A stretch of DNA of 64,000 bases from an uncultured Planctomycetia bacterium (GTDB taxonomy: Bacteria > Omnitrophota > Gorgyraeia > Duberdicusellales > 4484-171), in the NCBI GenBank assembly GCA_964489445.1, contig CAZAYU010000002.1:205020-269019 (forward strand), in the 5' to 3' direction. The notes under the pieces are model-generated. The model saw only the letters and a list, made by a program, of their open reading frames with translations, searched no databases and was not told where the DNA came from. Shown here one piece after another: positions 58,018 to 64,000 of this stretch (position 1 is its first letter; each line of letters opens with the position of its first letter). Both the position numbers and the translations under genes were made by a program.

Positions 58018-58494
58018 GTGGATAAATTCAATAAAGCTCTTAAATATTCATTCATACTTTTAAAATATAGGGCAAGAGCTAAAAAAGAAATTTTCACTCG
58101 CCTTAAACAGAAAGGTTATACTGAGTCATGTTCAAAGAATGTGGTAAAGTTTTTAGAAGGTAATAATTACCTAAACGATGAGATATTTGTTCGTCTTTTT
58201 ACTGACGCGGCCTTAGAAAAAAATTGGGGTCCTTTAAAGATAGTGTGTAAGCTTAAAAGGCTGGGGATTTCTGAAAATTTGTGTAAAAGGCTTGGTAGAC
58301 AAAATGGTGTTTTTAATGAAAAAATACGAGACATTATCAAGGAAAAATGGAGACATCATAAAGAGCAAAGTAAAAAAATATCAAAAACAACAATTCAGCA
58401 AAAAATTATTCAGTATCTTACATACAAAGGGTTTATGTATGATGATATCCATAGATGCCTTCAAGAGTTTTTCGAGAGCGGGGGAGAGGAATAG
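58018..58494 (+). CDS. recX: RecA regulator RecX
   Basis: 158 aa with RecX-like three-helix repeats (ALKYSFILLKYRARAKKEIFTRLKQKGY...). GTG start, and the gene lies directly upstream of alaS. Confidence 0.75.
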   Translation: MDKFNKALKYSFILLKYRARAKKEIFTRLKQKGYTESCSKNVVKFLEGNNYLNDEIFVRLFTDAALEKNWGPLKIVCKLKRLGISENLCKRLGRQNGVFNEKIRDIIKEKWRHHKEQSKKISKTTIQQKIIQYLTYKGFMYDDIHRCLQEFFESGGEE

Positions 58495-61170
58495 ATGGTT
58501 TTAAAAACAAGTAGCCTAAGAACACTTTTCCTAGATTTTTTTAAAGGAAAGAAGCATGATCTTTTTTCTTCTGATACTTTAGTTCCGGATGATGCATCGG
58601 TATTTTTTACTTCGGCCGGAATGAACCAGTTTAAGCCCTATTTTTTGGGAGAGAAAGAAGGAACTAACAAAGCAGTTAGTTGTCAGAAGTGCTTACGTAC
58701 TGGAGACTTAGAAAGGGTAGGTAAAACAGACTATCACCATACTTTTTTTGAAATGCTAGGTAATTTTTCTTTTGGTGATTATTTTAAGGAAGGGGCAATA
58801 ACCCTAGCTTGGGAATTTCTTACAAAACAGCTAAATTTAAAAAAGGAAGACTTGTGGGTTTCTGTATATTCTAAAGATAAAGAAGCATACACTATTTGGA
58901 AGGAAAACATTGGGATTTCGGATCATCAAATTATTAAGTTAGGGGAAAGCAACAATTTTTGGCCGGCTGATGCCCCATCTTTAGGCCCGAATGGGCCTTG
59001 TGGACCATGCTCAGAAATATTTTTTGATCGAGGAGCAAATAAAGGTTGTCTAAATAAAACATGCAATCCAGATTGTGATTGTGGGCGATTTGTGGAAATT
59101 TGGAATTTAGTGTTCACACAATACGATCGTGTTGGTGACAATAAGTTAGAGCCATTACCGCAAAAAAATATTGATACTGGGATGGGGCTAGAAAGAATGG
59201 CGGCAGTGCTACAAGGTAAAAATTCAAATTTTCAAATAGATATTTTACAACCGATAGTCCAGAATGTAAGGGAGCATTTAAACGCGAATGAGAATAACTC
59301 GCAAGCAAATAGCTTGATTAACTCTATAGTCGATCATATAAGAGCAGCTACCTTTGCTATTGGTGATGGAGTTTATCCTTCCAACGAGGAGCGCGGGTAT
59401 GTAGTGCGTAAGCTTATTCGCAAAGCTTCTTGGAGCGCATCGTTGGTGGGTAACCAAAAAGTATTTCTTTACAAGCTACCTTTCTTGTTTTCTGAATTAA
59501 TGAGTGATTTTTATTCTGAACTGCGGCAAAAAAAAGAAATTATCTCTAAAGTCATAAAGGCTGAAGAAGAGCGATTTTGTTCAACACTTAACATTGGGAA
59601 AGAACATCTTCTAACGGAAATAAAAAAACTGAGAGCAAAAAATAAGAATTCTGTTGGTGCGGAAGAATTATTTCGTTTTTATGATACATATGGCTTTCCG
59701 GTTGAATTAAGTAAAGAAATAGCAAATCAGCATGGCTTGAGTGTTGATCGAAGCGGTTTTAAAAAATTAATTTTACAGCAGCAAGAACGTTCTCGGAAGA
59801 AAAGCATGTTTGATAATTGTATATTCAAAAAAGGTGATGTAGAAATCAGGGAAAATAGTCAGTTTTGTGGCTATGAAGTCAAGGAAACAAAGGCGAAAAT
59901 TACAAGAATATTCTCAAGCTATGATCAGCTTTTAGCGGGTAGCGAAACAAATGCCTTGGGTTGCGGAGAAGAGGGATTTATAATTTTAGATAAAACACCT
60001 TTTTATCCAGAGTCTGGTGGGCAATTAGCGGATAAAGGGTTAATTTGTGTAGAAGAAGGCGGTTTTGTTGTAGATAGAGTGTTTAAAGTCAACCAAGCTA
60101 TTATCCATAAGGGGAAGGTATCCAGAGCAAGTATACTTAAAGGGCAGCAGGCGGTAGCATCAATAGACCAAGATAGAAGAGGGGCTTTAGCGCGTGCGCA
60201 TACAGTTACCCATCTACTACAAGCTGCTCTGCGCAGTGTTTTAGGAGAGCATGTTTGCCAGCAAGGTTCTTTGGTGGATGAGGACAAATTACGCTTTGAT
60301 TTTACTCATTTTCAATCTTTGTCTCGGAAAGAGTTAGATAGTATTGAGAGCTTAGTTAATTCTTTTATTTTTCAAGGAGATGAAGTTAGTAAAAGATTTA
60401 TCTCTCTAGAGGAGGCAAAAGCGGAAGGAGCTTTAGCTTTTTTTAAGGATAAATACGGGGAAAGTGTAAGATCTGTTACTATTAGCAATTACAGTAAGGA
60501 GTTATGCGCCGGAACGCATTTGAGTAATACCTTTCAAGCTGGAGAGTTTGTAATTATTTCTGAAGCGTCCATCAGTAGTGGCATTCGGCGGATAGAAGCT
60601 TTAACTGGTAAAAAAGCACATTATTATTTAAAAGATTTCCAAAATACAGTGATAGAGCTATCGAGTTTGTTTAAATGCGAATTTACTCAGGTAAATAACT
60701 CAGCTCATAGAATTTTAAAAGAAATAAAGGGTTGTCAGCAAAAAATGTCAGGATTGCTCAAAGAACGGATAGCTATTTTAGCCAAGGATGTCGCTTTAAA
60801 ATGCAAAAAAAATATTGAAGGTGTTGCCTTTTTATTCTATACTTGGGATGATGCTGATAGTTTTTTAGCAGAAGATCCTTCTCTGGTAAAAAGTTTTATT
60901 GATTTTTTGCATGAAGAAATGAGCGGAGGGTTTGTTTTTGTTGTATATAATCATTCAGGAAAAAATAATTTTATTTTTTCCGCATGTGATGAAGTTGTCA
61001 AAGAAGGATTTGATTGCAAGGAATTCATCGAAATACTTAAAGAAAGTGTGTCTTTAAGAGGCGGGGGTAGAAAGACGTGCATACAAGGTGTTACCTTGAA
61101 TATTCCAGTTGACTTTGAAGAGATCGTTATTCGATGTTTTTCTAAATTTGCAAAACAACTCAAAAGATAG
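58495..61170 (+). CDS. alaS: alanyl-tRNA synthetase
   Basis: 891 aa with class II motifs (FTSAGMNQFKP; RHHTFFEMLGNFSFGDYFK), an editing domain with the HxxxH motif (HTVTHLL) and a C-terminal DHHA1 domain. Confidence 0.95.
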   Translation: MVLKTSSLRTLFLDFFKGKKHDLFSSDTLVPDDASVFFTSAGMNQFKPYFLGEKEGTNKAVSCQKCLRTGDLERVGKTDYHHTFFEMLGNFSFGDYFKEGAITLAWEFLTKQLNLKKEDLWVSVYSKDKEAYTIWKENIGISDHQIIKLGESNNFWPADAPSLGPNGPCGPCSEIFFDRGANKGCLNKTCNPDCDCGRFVEIWNLVFTQYDRVGDNKLEPLPQKNIDTGMGLERMAAVLQGKNSNFQIDILQPIVQNVREHLNANENNSQANSLINSIVDHIRAATFAIGDGVYPSNEERGYVVRKLIRKASWSASLVGNQKVFLYKLPFLFSELMSDFYSELRQKKEIISKVIKAEEERFCSTLNIGKEHLLTEIKKLRAKNKNSVGAEELFRFYDTYGFPVELSKEIANQHGLSVDRSGFKKLILQQQERSRKKSMFDNCIFKKGDVEIRENSQFCGYEVKETKAKITRIFSSYDQLLAGSETNALGCGEEGFIILDKTPFYPESGGQLADKGLICVEEGGFVVDRVFKVNQAIIHKGKVSRASILKGQQAVASIDQDRRGALARAHTVTHLLQAALRSVLGEHVCQQGSLVDEDKLRFDFTHFQSLSRKELDSIESLVNSFIFQGDEVSKRFISLEEAKAEGALAFFKDKYGESVRSVTISNYSKELCAGTHLSNTFQAGEFVIISEASISSGIRRIEALTGKKAHYYLKDFQNTVIELSSLFKCEFTQVNNSAHRILKEIKGCQQKMSGLLKERIAILAKDVALKCKKNIEGVAFLFYTWDDADSFLAEDPSLVKSFIDFLHEEMSGGFVFVVYNHSGKNNFIFSACDEVVKEGFDCKEFIEILKESVSLRGGGRKTCIQGVTLNIPVDFEEIVIRCFSKFAKQLKR

Positions 61171-61225
61171 TAGAATTATAAAATATTTTTCTAAAACGGA
61201 TTTTAAAAAATAAATATTATTTAAA

Positions 61226-62443
61226 ATGAGAGTGATAAGAAATTTAGAAAGTCTTAAAAAATCACTTGGTAAGTCAAGAATTTCTCGTGATAAGATTAAG
61301 GATAAAGTAGCAAGGATTATTAGTGGTGTAAGGGATGCCGGGGATAATTCTTTAATAGAGTATACGAAAAAATTTGATAAAGTAAAGATAAACCCACGAG
61401 AATTGCGAATAAGTGAATCAGAAGTAAGCGCGGCGTTTAATGAGTTAGATTCGTCTTTGATCTCTGCTTTTAAAGTGGCAATTGATAATGTAACCAGATT
61501 TTATAAAAGGCAAGTTCCTAAAACAACAAGAGTTAAAAGTGATAACGGTAAAGTGTTGCTTAATCGTTATGTGCCTTTGGAGAGAGTAGGTGTGTATGTT
61601 CCGGCGGGTACTGCCCCGCTAGTGTCTTCGGTGTATATGACAATCGTTCCTGCTTTAGTCGCTGGTGTCAAAGAGATAGTCTTAGTTTCTCCTCCTGGAA
61701 AAGATAAAAATATGAATCCTTTTATTTTAGCTATTGCTTCTTTGCTCAAAATAAAGGAAATATATCGGGTTGGCGGGGCGCAAGCAATTGCTGCATTAGC
61801 TTATGGTACAAAAACAATAAAAAAAGTTGATAAAATTATTGGACCAGGTAATGAATTTGTTACAGAGGCCAAACGTCAAGTGTTTGGTGTTGTAGATATC
61901 GATATGCTTGCCGGTCCTTCGGAAGTTGTAATTATTGCTTCAGGTACTTCAAATATTGAGTATATTATTGTTGATTTAGAGGCACAGGTAGAACATCATA
62001 ATGGTTTAGGGATTGTTATCACTAATTCTCGCAAGGTAATTAGGGAGTTACGTAAAAGGAAAGTTAGCGGTTATGCCTTAAGAGTCAGAAATTTAGATAA
62101 AATTGCCGAGGCAGTTAACATGATTGCCCCAGAACATCTAGAAATTTTAACTAAGAAACCGCATACTGTGCTGAAGAAGATTAGGAATGTTGGTGCTATT
62201 TTTTTAGGAGAATATACACCGGTTGCACTAGGAGATTACACAGCAGGCCCTAGTCATGTTCTTCCTACAGGAGGTAGCAGTCGTTTTTTTTCCTGCCTTT
62301 CAGTAAAAGATTTTCTCAAAGAAGTTCATGTTATCAGCTATACGCGAAAAGCTTTGCAGGAAGAAGCTGCTACTTTGGAGAAAATTGCAAGGCTAGAAGG
62401 AATGGATAAACATATTGAAAGTGTTAAAAAAAGATTAATGTAG
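61226..62443 (+). CDS. hisD: histidinol dehydrogenase
   Basis: HisD collinearity (IDMLAGPSEV; zinc- and NAD-binding residues). At 405 aa it is short. Confidence 0.85.
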   Translation: MRVIRNLESLKKSLGKSRISRDKIKDKVARIISGVRDAGDNSLIEYTKKFDKVKINPRELRISESEVSAAFNELDSSLISAFKVAIDNVTRFYKRQVPKTTRVKSDNGKVLLNRYVPLERVGVYVPAGTAPLVSSVYMTIVPALVAGVKEIVLVSPPGKDKNMNPFILAIASLLKIKEIYRVGGAQAIAALAYGTKTIKKVDKIIGPGNEFVTEAKRQVFGVVDIDMLAGPSEVVIIASGTSNIEYIIVDLEAQVEHHNGLGIVITNSRKVIRELRKRKVSGYALRVRNLDKIAEAVNMIAPEHLEILTKKPHTVLKKIRNVGAIFLGEYTPVALGDYTAGPSHVLPTGGSSRFFSCLSVKDFLKEVHVISYTRKALQEEAATLEKIARLEGMDKHIESVKKRLM

Positions 62444-62468
62444 TAGTGTGTTTATAACCGGAGGGATT

Positions 62469-63107
62469 ATGGTTCCTAAGAAAAATAAAATAAGAAAATC
62501 TATTATTAAACGAAAAACAAATGAAGTAGATATTAAAGGGAAATTTGTCATTGATGGAGCAGGAAAAGGGAAAATAGATAGTGGTTTCCAACCTCTTGAC
62601 CATTTACTTGATTTATTTGCTTTTCATGGGTTTTTTGATCTAAACCTTTTTGCTAAAGGTGATTTGCAACATCATATAATAGAGGATATAGGTATTGCCA
62701 TGGGCAAGGCATTTAAATCTGCGTTAGGTAGCATGTCCGGTATAAATAGATACGGGTCATTCTCCTTGGTAATGGATAAAGTAGTTGTGGAAACTAATAT
62801 TGATATAAGTGGGAGACCTTCCTTACACTATGAAATAGCCACAGGTAATAAAACAAAAGTTCAATCTATCTTAAGCAGTGATAATTTTGACGGGATTAAA
62901 TTTACATTCAAAGATGCGGAAGAGTTTTTAGAAGGTTTTGTTAATCATGCAAGTTTGAGTCTGGTCTATATTGTAAAATCTGCAGATGGCGATCTACATC
63001 ATTTGCTAGAGGCGCTTTTTAAGTCTTTAGGAAAATCATTAGATCAAGCTAGCCAGATTAACCGTCGGAGGAAGGGCGTTCCTTCCACTAAAGGAATAAT
63101 AGACTAG
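62469..63107 (+). CDS. hisB: imidazoleglycerol-phosphate dehydratase
   Basis: IGPD metal-binding motifs (DHHIIEDIGIAMG; the second repeat motif HHLLEALFKSLG). Start at ATG 62469 after ggaggg; the track ORF starts 7 codons earlier. Confidence 0.85.
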   Translation: MVPKKNKIRKSIIKRKTNEVDIKGKFVIDGAGKGKIDSGFQPLDHLLDLFAFHGFFDLNLFAKGDLQHHIIEDIGIAMGKAFKSALGSMSGINRYGSFSLVMDKVVVETNIDISGRPSLHYEIATGNKTKVQSILSSDNFDGIKFTFKDAEEFLEGFVNHASLSLVYIVKSADGDLHHLLEALFKSLGKSLDQASQINRRRKGVPSTKGIID

Positions 63108-63143
63108 ATAATTACGACTTAGTAATAAAATAATATATTATTT

Positions 63144-63773
63144 ATGGTAGTTGTTGTTGATTATGGGATGGGTAATTTAGAAAGTGTCAAGAATTCTGCA
63201 TTATTCTTAGGAGAAAAAGTATTGGTGAGTAATTCTGCAGAAACTATCCAAAAAGCCAAGAAGATTATTATTCCCGGTGTAGGACATTTTGCCAGTGCAG
63301 TAAAGGAATTAAAAAAAAATAATATTTTTGAGCTTCTAAAAGAAAGAATAAACTTACAAATACCGTTTTTAGGAATCTGTTTAGGAATGCAATTATTATT
63401 TGATAGCAGCCAAGAAGCACCAGGGGTAAAAGGGTTAGGAGTAATTAACGGTGAGGTAAAAAAGATTCGATCAAACAATTTAATTATTCCGCATATGGGG
63501 TGGAATAACGTATGTATAACAGAAAAAGCAAAGAGGAAAAAAAATAAATTACTACTTAATGGATTTAGAGATGGAAGTTTCTGCTATTTTGCGAATTCTT
63601 ATTATTGTTGCCCTAAAACAAAAGAAGTGGTTTTGGCGAATACTGAATATGGTGGAATTAATTTTGCTTCCATCGTTAATAAAGAAAATGTTTGGGGTGT
63701 TCAGTTTCATCCCGAGAAAAGTCAGGAAAAGGGACTAAAAATTTTGAGTAATTTCTTGAAAAATAAATTTTAA
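63144..63773 (+). CDS. hisH: imidazole glycerol phosphate synthase, glutamine amidotransferase subunit
   Basis: VVVVDYGMGNLESV, the catalytic Cys block GICLGMQLLF, and the His/Glu block (GVQFHPEKS). Confidence 0.9.
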   Translation: MVVVVDYGMGNLESVKNSALFLGEKVLVSNSAETIQKAKKIIIPGVGHFASAVKELKKNNIFELLKERINLQIPFLGICLGMQLLFDSSQEAPGVKGLGVINGEVKKIRSNNLIIPHMGWNNVCITEKAKRKKNKLLLNGFRDGSFCYFANSYYCCPKTKEVVLANTEYGGINFASIVNKENVWGVQFHPEKSQEKGLKILSNFLKNKF

Positions 63774-63780
63774 AGCCAGC

Positions 63781-64000
63781 ATGATAATAATTCCGGCAAT
63801 TGATTTATGGAAAGGAGATGTAGTTCGCCTGTTAAAAGGTAATCCTTCCTTTTCTACTGTTTACAGTAAAGATCCGCTAAAGATAGTAGAAAAATGGAAA
63901 AAGCTTGGCGCAGATCTTATTCATCTAGTTGATTTATCTGCTGCTTTAGGTGAAGAAGATAATTCTTCGATTATTAAAGATATTTTAAAAAATGGAGACA
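63781..64000 (+). CDS. hisA: ProFAR isomerase HisA (partial; continues beyond window end)
   Basis: MIIIPAIDLWKGDVVRLLKGN... is the canonical HisA N-terminus. Confidence 0.8.
   Translation, partial: MIIIPAIDLWKGDVVRLLKGNPSFSTVYSKDPLKIVEKWKKLGADLIHLVDLSAALGEEDNSSIIKDILKNGD

Noticed and set aside
1-64000. CRISPR arrays, integrases, transposases, restriction-modification or other defence genes
   Set aside because: None of the ORFs shows the relevant motifs, and no short regularly spaced repeats are visible in the intergenic regions. The only repeats are the tRNA-Ala 62-mer and the intragenic KE-repeat DNA.

Overview
This window is a gene-dense, low-GC (by eye roughly mid-30s %) bacterial chromosomal segment made up almost entirely of conserved housekeeping genes from a diderm (LPS-containing) organism. 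I found no integrase, transposase, CRISPR array, toxin-antitoxin pair or recognisable defence island; it reads as core genome, not an accessory region.

Genes I can support:
- Translation and ribosome: rpmB (partial), rpsT, rpsB-tsf-pyrH-frr, prfB, lepA, leuS, alaS, mnmG.
- tRNAs: six tRNA genes (Leu-CAA, Ala-GGC, Lys-UUU, Leu-UAG, Gly-GCC).
- Replication and repair: recA, recX, a UvrC-like protein, a mini-Ogt, nfo, a HolA-like protein, a Ski2-like helicase.
- Envelope and LPS: a BamD-like protein, an LptE-like protein, murJ, lnt, an LpxL-family acyltransferase, lpxB, msbA, pgsA, plsY, lepB, secA.
- Competence and pilus: comEA, a short comEC, pilT.
- Metabolism and regulation: gadC-gadB, class II RNR nrdJ, gpmA, a LacI-family regulator, the nitrogen-type PTS trio ptsN-ptsH-ptsI.
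- Amino-acid biosynthesis: pheA-hisC-aroF-tyrA-cmk and hisD-hisB-hisH-hisA (partial).

There is no convincing multi-gene novel system, but several local oddities deserve a second look:
- A 62-bp perfect direct repeat duplicates the 3' end of tRNA-Ala plus 43 bp of flank; it looks like an att-type scar, and the nfo start sits inside the second copy.
- An HtrA-like protein inserted between recA and recX has lost the His and Asp of the catalytic triad.
- The BamD-like TPR lipoprotein carries a ~320-aa Lys/Glu-rich tail encoded by long intragenic DNA repeats.
- The gadCB acid-resistance pair sits inside what is otherwise a leuS ... lptE-holA neighbourhood.
- Several proteins are domain-minimal versions of their families (ComEC without the MBL domain, UvrC without HhH, a 92-aa MGMT).
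- A Gfo/Idh/MocA oxidoreductase lies next to lpxB and could be a GnnA-type lipid A modification enzyme.
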